Below, piece by piece: positions 49,397 to 59,218 of a stretch of DNA of 64,000 bases (position 1 is its first letter; each line of letters opens with the position of its first letter). Under the pieces are notes generated by a model. That model saw only the letters and a list, made by a program, of their open reading frames with translations. It did not search any database and was not told the DNA's origin. The DNA comes from Waterburya sp. (GTDB lineage Bacteria > Cyanobacteriota > Cyanobacteriia > Cyanobacteriales > Xenococcaceae). The translations under genes were made by a program, and so were the position numbers. Location: the NCBI GenBank assembly GCA_965217895.1, contig CBDCJV010000002.1, positions 4,896,001 through 4,960,000 on the forward strand, written 5' to 3'.

Positions 49397-49466
49397 ACTA
49401 CTTTTCCAAGAGGTAATAGGTAGTAGGTAATAAGAAGGCTAATATTTTATTCATGCAAGAGGTCTA
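49371..49466. mobile_element. MITE (TAGACCTCTTGCA...TGCAAGAGGTCTA)
   Basis: Perfect 13-bp terminal inverted repeats, with internal GGTAATA/GGTAGTA heptamers. Confidence 0.8.
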
Positions 49467-49528
49467 TTAATAAATAATTTGGTCATGTATTTAGCTAGAT
49501 TCGAGAATTGATAAATGCTAAATAATGT

Positions 49529-50071
49529 TCATTGCTTAACCGCATAAAAACTTAAGCTGGTATTTCCATAAGACTTAGTGCGATAGATCTCCAACCCTGG
49601 TATTTCTTTAGCTTGCCAGAGTTTGGGGTTATATTCAACTGCGATCGCACCTTCGGGGGTAATTAATTCAAGAGTTGCGATCGCTTTTAAAACTGGCAGA
49701 TATAAATAACTATGATCGTAAGGTGGATCGAAATATATCCAGTCAAACTGCTGTCCTTCTAAGCTATTTATTTTAACCAATACGTCTCCCTTAATTACTT
49801 TATAAGACTGTTCTGGAGAGGCTAGCTGCTGCCAATTTTGCTCAATAATGTTACAGGCTTTGCCGTACTGTTCAATGGCTGTTACTTTGCTAGCACCGCG
49901 ACAGAGAGCTTCTGCCCCCATCGAACCATTACCAGCACACAAGTCTAGCCAACGACTATCGGTCAAGCGATCGCACCAAATATTAAATAAAGCCTCTCTT
50001 ACCCTAGCTGAAGTGGGACGAGTTCTTTGTCCTGGAACTGTTTTTAGCTGTCGATTTCCATAGATTCTCAT
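49529..50071 (-). CDS. rsmD: 16S rRNA (guanine(966)-N2)-methyltransferase
   Basis: TRPT..RVREALFN, LDLCAGNG, DPPY, YG. Confidence 0.92.
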   Translation of the reverse strand: MRIYGNRQLKTVPGQRTRPTSARVREALFNIWCDRLTDSRWLDLCAGNGSMGAEALCRGASKVTAIEQYGKACNIIEQNWQQLASPEQSYKVIKGDVLVKINSLEGQQFDWIYFDPPYDHSYLYLPVLKAIATLELITPEGAIAVEYNPKLWQAKEIPGLEIYRTKSYGNTSLSFYAVKQ

Positions 50072-50162
50072 ATTTTTAGTTGATTTAACAGGACGGGATT
50101 GTTTTATTCGGTAAAGTTATGATAAGTAAAGAATCAATTTCCGCAGATAAATCAATTCTGTT

Positions 50163-50387
50163 ATGACAACCAAAAGTAATGTTATCTGTAGCGATCCAGA
50201 TATTATGGGAGGAACGCCTGTATTTAGAGGAACTCGTGTACCAATCAAAAACTTGCTTGATTATCTAGAAGCAGGAGATTCGTTAAACACATTTATCGAA
50301 CATTTTCCAAGTGTTACTAAACAAGATGCTATTTTAGTTCTCGAACTAGCAAAAGAAATGCTTATTGCTTATGCGAATCCTGCTTAA
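50163..50387 (+). CDS. DUF433 antitoxin-like protein
   Basis: DPDIMGGTPVFRGTRVP. Confidence 0.92.
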   Translation: MTTKSNVICSDPDIMGGTPVFRGTRVPIKNLLDYLEAGDSLNTFIEHFPSVTKQDAILVLELAKEMLIAYANPA

Positions 50388-50697
50388 TGAATGTGTTCCA
50401 AAACTATTAAAGCGTGAATTTTCCAATTTTAATATTAAAACGGTTGTGGAAATGGGCTGGTCGGGAAGAAAAAACGGAGCATTGCTAAAACTAATGTCTG
50501 AGGAAAGATTTACTGTTTTGTTGACTTCTGACCAAAATTTGAAATATGAGCAAAATTTACAGCAAGCAAGTATCGGACTAATAGTTATGGTTGCGCATAC
50601 TAATCGTCTGTCTGATTTATTGCCATTAGCATCAAAAGTGCGTGAAGCTTTGAATACGATTTTACCAGGGGAAGTAATTGAAGTTAATAATTATTAA
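50365..50697 (+). CDS. DUF5615 PIN-like toxin (likely start ATG 50371)
   Basis: MRILLNECVP...MGWSG..NG.LL...LLTSDQN; overlaps the DUF433 gene. Confidence 0.8.
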   Translation: MLMRILLNECVPKLLKREFSNFNIKTVVEMGWSGRKNGALLKLMSEERFTVLLTSDQNLKYEQNLQQASIGLIVMVAHTNRLSDLLPLASKVREALNTILPGEVIEVNNY

Positions 50698-50790
50698 ATG
50701 CTGTAATCGCACTACTAGCTAGTAGGACTGATTTGGTTGCGAGATTAATTGTACAAACAAGTAAGTATGGTAACAAAAATTAGTTAGTAA

Positions 50791-51621
50791 TCAGTCTCCA
50801 AAACAATAAGTACTAAAATTACACACTAATGTATAGCCAATTTTTTGATAAATACTATTTGAGGTGGGATTAGCTAGATCGGTAAACAAAAAAGAGAATT
50901 TGTATCCTCGATTTAGCAAATTCTGACTTAGAGCAGCAACACAAGAGCTTGCGTAGCCTTTTTGACGATATTCTGGAGGAGTATATACAGCATTAATTCT
51001 GATACCGTTAGGAGTTGCACCGCTAAAACTTGCCATCGATACAGGAAGGTCATTTTGCCAAATATATAAACTATTCTGGCTGAAACGGCGATCGCACCAA
51101 TTTTGATAATTTTGTTCTGATTCCTTTTCGCCAAGTGCTTCTTCAGTAAAAGCTTTAATCCAACTAATCAATAAAGAGCGATCGCTTTGGGTAGCCAAAC
51201 GCAGATAACCATCAGTCTTATTAACTGGTTTTACGGCTTCTAGCTGATAAATACGTTGTGCCAAACCCAGTTGAAAAGATTGCCCAGTCAGTGATTGCCA
51301 CAGTTGAGCAAAAGCCAATGCTTCAGGTTTGGGGGCGATAACACCAGGCAAAGATTCCTGCCGAGAAATCAAATCTCTGACAATAAGAGCGATCGCGTCT
51401 TTAGATAACGATTGGGATAGAATTAGTTTATGAGGTGGAGTAATACAAGCAGCAACTACAACAGTATTATTTTCCTTAACTACAGCTAGATATGGTTGCT
51501 CTTTGAAATCTTTTTGAGAACACAACCCTAACATCAAGCAGTGAGTAGCTTCTTGCTGGAGCAGATAATCTTTTACAGTTTGATAGTAGCGATCTATATT
51601 TTCAAAATGTTCAATTTGCAT
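50791..51621 (-). CDS. GNAT family N-acetyltransferase
   Basis: VYTPPEYRQKGYA, LFTDLANPTSNSIYQKIGY. Confidence 0.92.
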   Translation of the reverse strand: MQIEHFENIDRYYQTVKDYLLQQEATHCLMLGLCSQKDFKEQPYLAVVKENNTVVVAACITPPHKLILSQSLSKDAIALIVRDLISRQESLPGVIAPKPEALAFAQLWQSLTGQSFQLGLAQRIYQLEAVKPVNKTDGYLRLATQSDRSLLISWIKAFTEEALGEKESEQNYQNWCDRRFSQNSLYIWQNDLPVSMASFSGATPNGIRINAVYTPPEYRQKGYASSCVAALSQNLLNRGYKFSFLFTDLANPTSNSIYQKIGYTLVCNFSTYCFGD

Positions 51622-51696
51622 TTTCTGATTTTTACCAAATGCTAGTTTCTCGATCTTACAAATTTATAGTTGCAAGATACCTCATCTCTCATCCCT

Positions 51697-52194
51697 TTAA
51701 GAATTAATCCATTTAGGAGAAGTAAGCAGAAACAATGTGCTGCGAGAAATTGGCGTACCTATACCAGGAAGCTCTAAACCTACAATACCCGCTTTTTTAA
51801 CTACTATCTGACCTTTAACAGTACCCCAAATCAGCATTTCTGCCCAGTTACCTAAATCTGGCTGATGTCCCACTAAAGCTAGTTTTCCTTCAGGGTTATC
51901 AGCTTGCCATTGCTGTAGCCAGCTTAACCACTGCTCAATTTCGCCACGAGGTTTAAGAGGAGAAAAAGTATCCATTTTTTTTGATAAACCAACCTGCTGA
52001 AAAATTTCTGCGGTTTGATAAGCCCGTACTAAAGGACTAGTCAAAATTAGGTCAAACCTTAATTTAGTTGACAGCAGATGTTCTGCTACTTTCTTGGTCT
52101 TATAATGACCTTGCTCAACTAAGGGACGTTTTTCATCATCAGTATAAGTTCCTCGTTCAGCAGCTATACCATGACGAATTAGATAAACTTTCAT
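51697..52194 (-). CDS. sixA: phosphohistidine phosphatase
   Basis: LIRHGIA, RPL, SPLVRA, LVGHQP. Confidence 0.92.
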   Translation of the reverse strand: MKVYLIRHGIAAERGTYTDDEKRPLVEQGHYKTKKVAEHLLSTKLRFDLILTSPLVRAYQTAEIFQQVGLSKKMDTFSPLKPRGEIEQWLSWLQQWQADNPEGKLALVGHQPDLGNWAEMLIWGTVKGQIVVKKAGIVGLELPGIGTPISRSTLFLLTSPKWINS

Positions 52195-52360
52195 ATGATA
52201 AACAACCTCAAGGTTTTAAAATCACTTTACCTTTTTCTTGCTTAAGATCTTAAGATCACCGTGACAGATGGAGATGGTGGTGTTGCCGCTTCTAGCTTGG
52301 CGGTTGGGGTTCAACAGGTGTTTAAGATTAGACTTGTTGCGAAATAGAAAAGCATTTTTA

Positions 52361-52560
52361 GGCGTTGTTGATTTAAGTAATGACATACATAACAATTCTG
52401 TTTGGAGCTTCAGAGCCATTAGCCGTTAGCTATTAGCTTTTGAGCAATCTGTCTTGATGGCGAGAGAGGCTCTCGGTCAGAGAGCATCTCTAATCGCCAT
52501 GTTGATGAATAGAAATAGATAAGTAAAATTTTGTTTTAGCGTTAGACGTTCAACAACGTC
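52361..52560. mobile_element. MITE-like element (GGCGTTGTTGA...TCAACAACGTC)
   Basis: Same ends and subterminal TTTAAGTAATGAC / GATAAGTAAAAT as 5382..5505. Confidence 0.7.
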
Positions 52561-52871
52561 CATTTTTGGCACTAATAACTAAATTTGAACAAGTGTATCT
52601 AGTATCTACTCCTCCAAGAGAAAAAGCGAGAAAGAGAAAAATCAAAGCCGAGTCGAAAGCTAGATTGAGTCAAAATCTTGAGAATTCTACTACACAGTCA
52701 AAGAGTCGCAGTTCTCTTTGCTTAACACAGCAATCAAACTATAAATCAAGTTTTAACGTTAAGCAAATAAGCTACGTAGCAACATAACCAGGCTTTTGTA
52801 AAATAATAATAGGCATAATAGGCAAAGAAAGCAAAACCTCAGTAGAATAATTATGATGTAATGCTTAACCT

Positions 52872-52958
52872 GGAGAGGTGGCAGAGCGGTTGAATGCGGT
52901 AGTCTCGAAAACTATTTGAGGGTCAAACCTCACGGGGGTTCGAATCCCCCCCTCTCCG
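52872..52958 (+). tRNA. tRNA-Ser(CGA)
   Basis: GGAGAGG...CCTCTCC-G acceptor stem, anticodon arm GTAGT-CT-CGA-AA-ACTAT, long variable arm, GGTTCGAATCC T-loop; CCA not encoded. Confidence 0.95.
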
Positions 52959-53120
52959 TTCGCGCTAAACGCGCTCAGCTTAAGGTTTCTCATCAAAGAG
53001 ATTTAATTATTCAAACTTTTGAAAGCGATCGCGTAAGCGCAAGCAAATCGTTAGTAAGTGAACACAGATAACTGATAAGTTGAAAGTTAGTCAATTATCA
53101 AGTTATTTAAGAGGTGGGTA

Positions 53121-54050
53121 ATGCGAATTTTAATGATGGGGGGAACTCGCTTTATTGGGGTTTACCTGACTAAAGTTTTGGTTGAACAAGGACATGAGGT
53201 TGTATTATTCAATCGAGGCAATCATCCTGCACCAGAAAAAGCAACTCAGATTCCAGGCGATCGCCAAGATGCAGCCCAACTGAAAAAGCTGTCAGGTGAA
53301 AGTTTTGATGCCATATTTGACAACAACGGCAGAGAATTAAGTGATACTCAACCTTTGGTGGAAATCTTCAATGGCAAGGTAAAGCATTTTGTCTATGTAA
53401 GTTCGGCTGGGGTATATGCAAAATCTTCTCAAATGCCTCATGTTGAAGGTGATGAGGTAGATCCTAATAGTCGTCATAAAGGTAAACATCATACTGAAGC
53501 CTATTTAGCGGAGTCTGGTATTCCTTGGACTTCTATTCGTCCAGTTTATATTTACGGCCCTCAAAACTATAATGATTTAGAAGCCTGGTTCTTTGATCGT
53601 ATTGTGCGCGATCGCCCGATACCAATTCCAGGTAACGGGATGTTTATTACCCAGTTCGGTCATGTTCAAGACTTGGCTTTGGCAATGGCTGGTGTCTTAG
53701 GTAACGAAACTGCGATTAACAAGATTTATAATATCTCAGGCGATCGCTATGTAACATTCAACGGTTTAGCCTACGCCTGTGCAGAAGCTGCGGGGAAATC
53801 TCCAGAAGATATCAAGCTTGTTCATTACGACCCTAGTAAGTTTGACTTTGGTAAACGCAAGGCTTTTCCCATGCGTCAACAACACTTTTTTGCAGATATA
53901 GATCGAGCAAAAACTGATTTAGATTGGCAACCTAAGTATGACTTGGTATCAGGTTTGGAAGACTCTTTTCAAAATGATTATTTAGCTTCAGGCAGGGATC
54001 ACTCAGAAATTGATTTTTCTTTAGATGAAGAGATATTAGGCAAAATGTAA
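53121..54050 (+). CDS. NAD-dependent epimerase/dehydratase (CSP41-like)
   Basis: GGTRFIG, DNNGRE, SSAGVY, RPVYIYGP. Confidence 0.88.
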   Translation: MRILMMGGTRFIGVYLTKVLVEQGHEVVLFNRGNHPAPEKATQIPGDRQDAAQLKKLSGESFDAIFDNNGRELSDTQPLVEIFNGKVKHFVYVSSAGVYAKSSQMPHVEGDEVDPNSRHKGKHHTEAYLAESGIPWTSIRPVYIYGPQNYNDLEAWFFDRIVRDRPIPIPGNGMFITQFGHVQDLALAMAGVLGNETAINKIYNISGDRYVTFNGLAYACAEAAGKSPEDIKLVHYDPSKFDFGKRKAFPMRQQHFFADIDRAKTDLDWQPKYDLVSGLEDSFQNDYLASGRDHSEIDFSLDEEILGKM

Positions 54051-54547
54051 ATCCAGCCAGAGATTAGGCTAACTGCAACTGCCAACCAAAACAAGACTAT
54101 AGTTAGAGTATTCCATTGAGGAGCTAGGGGAGCAATCAAAAAAGCGATCGCGATAATTTGAACTACAGTTTTAAGCTTCCCCCAGATATTTGCTCCTGAA
54201 ATGCTGCTGTTGCCTGTTAATTTAGGGTTTACTCGCCAACCTGCGATCGCTAATTCTCTGGCTAAAATTAAAAATACTCCCCAGGCAGGAACAAGCTGTA
54301 GCTCAATTAAAGCCAGTAATGTACCCAAAACCAAAAGCTTATCTACCAGAGGATCGAGAAACTTGCCTAATTCCGTTACCAAATCGAGTTTGCGAGCCAG
54401 ATAGCCATCTACCCAATCTGTTCCTGCTGCAACTACAAAAATCCCCACACAGAGCCAACGGTTGACTGGTGTAGGGTCATTAAGTAGGTAAAGAATAAAA
54501 GGAAGTCCTAGAAGACGAGATAGAGTAATCCAAGTGGGAAGATTCAT
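53999..54547 (-). CDS. pgsA: CDP-diacylglycerol--glycerol-3-phosphate 3-phosphatidyltransferase
   Basis: MNLPT..T.SR, TDWVDGYLAR...GKFLDPLVDK, GKLKT. Confidence 0.92.
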   Translation of the reverse strand: MNLPTWITLSRLLGLPFILYLLNDPTPVNRWLCVGIFVVAAGTDWVDGYLARKLDLVTELGKFLDPLVDKLLVLGTLLALIELQLVPAWGVFLILARELAIAGWRVNPKLTGNSSISGANIWGKLKTVVQIIAIAFLIAPLAPQWNTLTIVLFWLAVAVSLISGWIYILPNISSSKEKSISE

Positions 54548-54618
54548 AAGCTTGCGCCAAATAATTGAGCATAGAAGCTAAGATCGATCATAGTGTTTTT
54601 TATTTCTATATTCAATTT

Positions 54619-55293
54619 TTAACACGCTCCTTTGCGAGCCAAAACTACGGCAATGGTTTTAATGATTAAGTTGATATCATACAGAAAAGACCATCTTTTT
54701 TGATAATCTAAATCCATAAGAACCACATCTTCAAAATCTTGGATTGTCGAACGACCTTTGACTTGCCATTCCCCTGTGATACCAGGTTTGACTTTTAAAC
54801 GTTGCAGATGATGAGCATCGTACATAGCAACTTCTTCAATAGTGGGAGGACGAGTCCCAACTAGGCTCATCTCACCCTTAAGCACGTTCCAAAATTGAGG
54901 AAATTCATCTAAGCTAGTACGGCGTAGAAAACTACCGATTACAGTAATGCGAGGATCATTGTCGTTTTTGAAAATGTGTCCTTTTGCCTGATTTTTTACC
55001 AGGTGCTTTTTGAGATCTGCATCGGCAATCATCGAGCGAAATTTCCAAATTCTAAAAGGTTTGCCTTCAAAACCACAGCGAATTTGGCTATAAAGAAGCG
55101 CGCCAGGGTCAGTAAACTGCATAGCGATCATTATCGGCATGGCAATAATAGCTGTAAGAATTAGCCCGATAATTGCCCCAAATATGTCTAGTATTCGTTT
55201 AGGTCTGCTGGTTACAGAGGGATGAACTCTACGTCCTAAAGGTAACGGCAGAACTTTTATTTCTCTAAGCTGAAAATTAGCAGGTGAAGTCAT
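54619..55293 (-). CDS. bacterial sugar transferase (priming glycosyltransferase domain)
   Basis: KRILDI, KFRSM, DPRIT, SLDEFPQFWNVLKGEMSLVGTRP, PGITG.WQ. Confidence 0.93.
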   Translation of the reverse strand: MTSPANFQLREIKVLPLPLGRRVHPSVTSRPKRILDIFGAIIGLILTAIIAMPIMIAMQFTDPGALLYSQIRCGFEGKPFRIWKFRSMIADADLKKHLVKNQAKGHIFKNDNDPRITVIGSFLRRTSLDEFPQFWNVLKGEMSLVGTRPPTIEEVAMYDAHHLQRLKVKPGITGEWQVKGRSTIQDFEDVVLMDLDYQKRWSFLYDINLIIKTIAVVLARKGAC

Positions 55294-55784
55294 GAAAAAA
55301 ATAATTTATAAAATTGGGTCAAGTCTAAGAATTAATAGATTTTAATTATTATCTTTATGCAATCTTATTTGTTTGACAGTAACTATTGCCAGGAATTAAG
55401 GAGTTCTTCACCAAATCTTCAAAAAATTATCGATAAGTTTAAAGGTTGTATGTTTTTTCAGTATTTAGTCTAATTATTCGATGCTCAAGAATTATCAAAT
55501 TAGATCATTTAACTTAACAAATTTCAAAAGCTCTAAAAAAATATGTCAATATTATGCAGTTTTAAAATAGGCTGACATATATAAAATCGAGAGACTTTAA
55601 TAGCCAAAACATAGTTGTTTATCATATATTTTAATATTAATAGTTTATTTTCTCAAGAGTTTAAAAGATGCTATGGAATCAAATTTGTTTAAATATCTGG
55701 TGCAGATTTAATTATTTCCCTATTTTTGATGATACAAAGGAGATATTTATGATGAACGAAATATAGTAAATAATAGATTTCTTT

Positions 55785-56492
55785 ATGGAAGATCAATCCC
55801 GTTATCTAGAATCTAATATCAATCTTGAAGAACTAATGGCTTTAGTTCCTTTTATGTCTGATTTGCCAGAAGACAGCATACAGAAAATTGCTGGTCATTT
55901 TGTGACCATATCTCATCCAGCTAATCAGGTACTCTTACTCGAAAATGATTGGGGCGGCTCAGTCTATTTTATTTTGGAGGGATGGGTGAAAATTCGTACC
56001 TACAATCTGGACGGCAAAGAAGTAACCCTTAATATCATCGGCAGAGGCGAAATTTTTGGAGAAATGGCTGCCATGGATAAAATGCCGCGCTCGACTGATG
56101 CTATTACCTTAACCAAGACTTTGATTGGTAGAATACCAGCAGAAGATTTTGTCAATTTGATTAACAACGAGCCTATGGCTGGAGTTCGCCTAGTTCAGTT
56201 AATGGCAAAGCGTTTACGCCAAGTTAACCGCAGACTTCAACTTAGAGAGGCAAACAGCATTTCTAGAGTTGCCGATGCAATTTTGTTTTTGGTTGAAGAA
56301 CAGGGTACAGAAGGGGAAAAAGGTACAGAAATACCCAACCTACCCCATCGAGAAATTAGCAGTCTAAGCGGATTAGCTAGAGAAACCGTAACTAGAGTTT
56401 TGACTAAGCTAGAAAAAAAGGGCTTGATTCAAAGAGATGCTGACTCAATGCGTATTCCCGATTTGCCCGCTTTAGAAGACACCATCTGTTAA
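55785..56492 (+). CDS. Crp/Fnr family transcriptional regulator
   Basis: FGEMA....PRST cNMP site, GLARETVTRVL HTH. Confidence 0.92.
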   Translation: MEDQSRYLESNINLEELMALVPFMSDLPEDSIQKIAGHFVTISHPANQVLLLENDWGGSVYFILEGWVKIRTYNLDGKEVTLNIIGRGEIFGEMAAMDKMPRSTDAITLTKTLIGRIPAEDFVNLINNEPMAGVRLVQLMAKRLRQVNRRLQLREANSISRVADAILFLVEEQGTEGEKGTEIPNLPHREISSLSGLARETVTRVLTKLEKKGLIQRDADSMRIPDLPALEDTIC

Positions 56493-56558
56493 GATACTCA
56501 GATCTCCTAATATTTATTTATCTATAATTTTTGTTGGTTAAATCAACTAGATAACCTT

Positions 56559-57302
56559 ATGTCTACAGAAGACCATAAAAACTCATCCTTTGATGATGAG
56601 GTTAACTGGGTCGATCAAGAGGATTCTGAGCTACCTCAATCTGGCGAATTAAAATCTTCCCAGTCAAAAACCAAGCAGGTCAAAACTCCGACCAACACGA
56701 TAGTGATGGTCGAAACTGCCTTTTTAGCTAGCGCAGCTAGTTTGGTGTGGTTAATTAATTTTTATTTTCCTGTTGGACCTGTTTTAAAAGTTTTCTTTCC
56801 TATTCCTATTGCCTTAATTTATTTAAGACGGGGTAATCGCGCTTCTTGGATGGCAGCAATTGTTTCAGGGTTATTACTTTTAGTCTTGATGGGGCCTACT
56901 CGTAGCATTATTTTTTTAATGCCTTATGGTTTGATGGGTGTGCTATTGGGAGCTTGTTGGCAACGTCAGGTAAGTTGGCTAGTCTCGATTGTTTTTGGTG
57001 CAGCTATCGGCTCTTTAGGGATATTTTTTCGCTTTTGGCTGACTTCAATACTTGTAGGAGAAAATCTCTGGATATATGTGATTACTCAAATTACTCAATT
57101 AGCAGACTGGCTATTTTTAAAACTAGGGATTTTGGCTGAGCCTAATTTTATCTTGATTCAAACTTTGGCTTTTGGCTTGATTATAGTTAACAATCTGGTT
57201 TATTTGTTTGCTGTTCATTTGGTAGCTTTAATGCTGCTAGATCGTCTTGATAATCCTATTTCTCGCCCTCCTGAATGGGTTAGAGTGTTACTAGATTATT
57301 AA
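56559..57302 (+). CDS. DUF2232 family membrane protein
   Basis: MVETAFLAS, LMGPTRS, NPI..PP.W. Confidence 0.8.
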   Translation: MSTEDHKNSSFDDEVNWVDQEDSELPQSGELKSSQSKTKQVKTPTNTIVMVETAFLASAASLVWLINFYFPVGPVLKVFFPIPIALIYLRRGNRASWMAAIVSGLLLLVLMGPTRSIIFLMPYGLMGVLLGACWQRQVSWLVSIVFGAAIGSLGIFFRFWLTSILVGENLWIYVITQITQLADWLFLKLGILAEPNFILIQTLAFGLIIVNNLVYLFAVHLVALMLLDRLDNPISRPPEWVRVLLDY

Positions 57303-57320
57303 TTAGAAAGTTTAGAGCTT

Positions 57321-57508
57321 ATACTAAATTCGATTGGGAAAAGTATTTTAAATATTAAGTTTGTAGTTTGTGGTTAGTCGTTTGTAGTTTAAAAAACTAC
57401 ATGCACACGCGCTTCGCGTGTCGCCGTTCTAAAAGAACGTCGGCGAACTCCAGTTCGCACTACATACTACCCAACAGTTAACTAACCTACGCCAACAGGA
57501 TTTAGTAT
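57321..57508. mobile_element. MITE with ATACTAAAT...ATTTAGTAT ends and 8-bp target duplication TAGAGCTT
   Basis: TAGAGCTT at 57313-57320 and 57509-57516; carries the three-hairpin repeat at 57404..57462. Confidence 0.8.
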
Positions 57509-57523
57509 TAGAGCTTCGCAAAA

Positions 57524-58636
57524 ATGATTCATGTTTATACTCAGCTACGCTCAGGAGTTAATTGGTTAAGAAAATATCAGCAAAAAAAGCCTAGTTTCGC
57601 CTGTATTTTGGGCTTTACCGCCACGGGACTAATTCCTGGTATTTCCGCTGCGGGTGCAACGCCACAGGAGCGAGAGTATACAGCGATCGCTGATGCTGAA
57701 TTTTTAGATAAGGGAGTACAAAAGAATTACCAACATCCTTTGCCTATACTGACGGCAGGAGTGTCTCCTACCTTTATTTCTCGCGGGATAGTAGAAGCGT
57801 TAAATATACCAACCTATATTTTTAATGCTGGTTTGCCCCATCCACCAACCGCAAATACTATTGACCTTCAAGGAATCCCTGCTGCTTGCGTTTCTTCAGG
57901 TCAAGCCTTGCCTCTGGAAAAGGTTCATCACCTATTTAAAAAGGGTCAGGAGTGGGGCGAAAAACTAGCTAGCACGACTGATTATTTGATTATTGGTGAA
58001 TGTGTTGTCGGTGGCACAACTACTGCACTGGCTATATTAACGGCTTTAGGAATAGAGGCAAAGGGAATGGTTAATAGTAGTCATCCTCACTGCAATCATG
58101 CTCAAAAGTGGTCTGTAGTTAAAACTGGCTTAGATAGAGCAGGTTTATTAAATCAGTTTAACGATCCTTTTACAGCCGTAGCAGCAGTAGGAGATCCGAT
58201 GCAAATTGTGGTAGCAGGGATGGCACTGGCGGCTAGTCTCCAGGCGGGAGTGATGTTGGCAGGTGGAACACAAATGCTGGGGGTGTATGCTCTGATTAAA
58301 GCGATCGCCAAACAGAATAACGTATCGACTCGACTGTCTCAAATTGTAGTGGGTACAACTCGCTGGGTAGCAGAAGATCCTACAGGCAACACAGTCGAGT
58401 TGGCTAGAACTGTCGGTGGAGTCCCCCTATTAGCTACTGGGTTAAATTTTGCCACTTCTCGCTACCCTAGTTTTCGTGCCTATGCACAAGGATATGTCAA
58501 AGAAGGTGTTGGGGCTGGTGGCTGCGCGATCGCTGCTCACCTCTCGCAAAATTGGACTCCTACTCAGTTGCTTACCATTATTGAAACCTTATTTGCTTGT
58601 TATCGCTACTCAAGAATGGATTCTATAGGTCAATAA
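57524..58636 (+). CDS. cobT: nicotinate mononucleotide-dependent phosphoribosyltransferase (cyanobacterial/archaeal type)
   Basis: IPGISAAG, GECVVGGTTTA, GDPMQ, LAGGTQM, VKEGVGAGG. Confidence 0.85.
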   Translation: MIHVYTQLRSGVNWLRKYQQKKPSFACILGFTATGLIPGISAAGATPQEREYTAIADAEFLDKGVQKNYQHPLPILTAGVSPTFISRGIVEALNIPTYIFNAGLPHPPTANTIDLQGIPAACVSSGQALPLEKVHHLFKKGQEWGEKLASTTDYLIIGECVVGGTTTALAILTALGIEAKGMVNSSHPHCNHAQKWSVVKTGLDRAGLLNQFNDPFTAVAAVGDPMQIVVAGMALAASLQAGVMLAGGTQMLGVYALIKAIAKQNNVSTRLSQIVVGTTRWVAEDPTGNTVELARTVGGVPLLATGLNFATSRYPSFRAYAQGYVKEGVGAGGCAIAAHLSQNWTPTQLLTIIETLFACYRYSRMDSIGQ

Positions 58637-58987
58637 CTGTTCTTCTAAAGCTGCAATACGATTGTATGCTGCGGTAAGCTGTGCTGTTAAACGGCGAATT
58701 TGGGTATCGGGAGCTAAATTTTCGCTGTTAGAATTAGCACTGCTGGTACTGCTAGTATCGTCTACCAAAACATCTTTATGAGTAAGCTGATAGTCTAATT
58801 TTCCATGCCGATTTGTAAACCCAACTGCGCCTGAAGCAAAGTTTGGTAGAGAATAAGAATCATGCTCTGTGCGCTTTGGCTGCTGAGAACTTAATTCTTT
58901 AACTTGGGTGCCAATTTGCTCAATCAACTGGTGTAATGTATCTATTTTTGCTCGTAGTTCGCTGATTTGTATTTGCAATGTATCCAT
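58610..58987 (-). CDS. hypothetical coiled-coil protein
   Basis: HKDVL.D and QIRRLTAQLTAAYNRIAALEEQLL, a conserved-looking cyanobacterial motif. Confidence 0.75.
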   Translation of the reverse strand: MDTLQIQISELRAKIDTLHQLIEQIGTQVKELSSQQPKRTEHDSYSLPNFASGAVGFTNRHGKLDYQLTHKDVLVDDTSSTSSANSNSENLAPDTQIRRLTAQLTAAYNRIAALEEQLLTYRIHS

Positions 58988-59218
58988 ATAATTTTGGGCA
59001 TTTATTTATGATTATGTTTTATATGCTAAAAGCATTGTTTAAAAAAAATACTACTATTCCTGATTCATTTAATAATTGCTCAATTTATGGGTAAAAATAT
59101 TAAAACTACTTAAAAACGCCAAAATTAGCTAAAAACCGTTAATTAATCTATCTATGGTCTACCAAAAACAGTAGGTTTCACCTAAGTATTTATACTCTTA
59201 TATTTTTAGTTTTGAATC

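Noticed and set aside
52222..52787. Short ORFs 52222..52419 and 52566..52787
   Set aside because: One overlaps a MITE; neither shows recognisable motifs. Probably non-coding.
52872..53120. Integrative element at tRNA-Ser
   Set aside because: No integrase or duplicated tRNA 3' end was seen, and the flanking genes are core-like.
53999..54050. 52-bp convergent overlap of the epimerase gene and pgsA
   Set aside because: Short tail-to-tail overlaps are common, and both proteins look intact.
55541..55580. ATATGTCA-N24-TGACATAT inverted repeat
   Set aside because: Different arm and spacer geometry from the 26-bp sites, and single copy. At most an operator in a divergent promoter.
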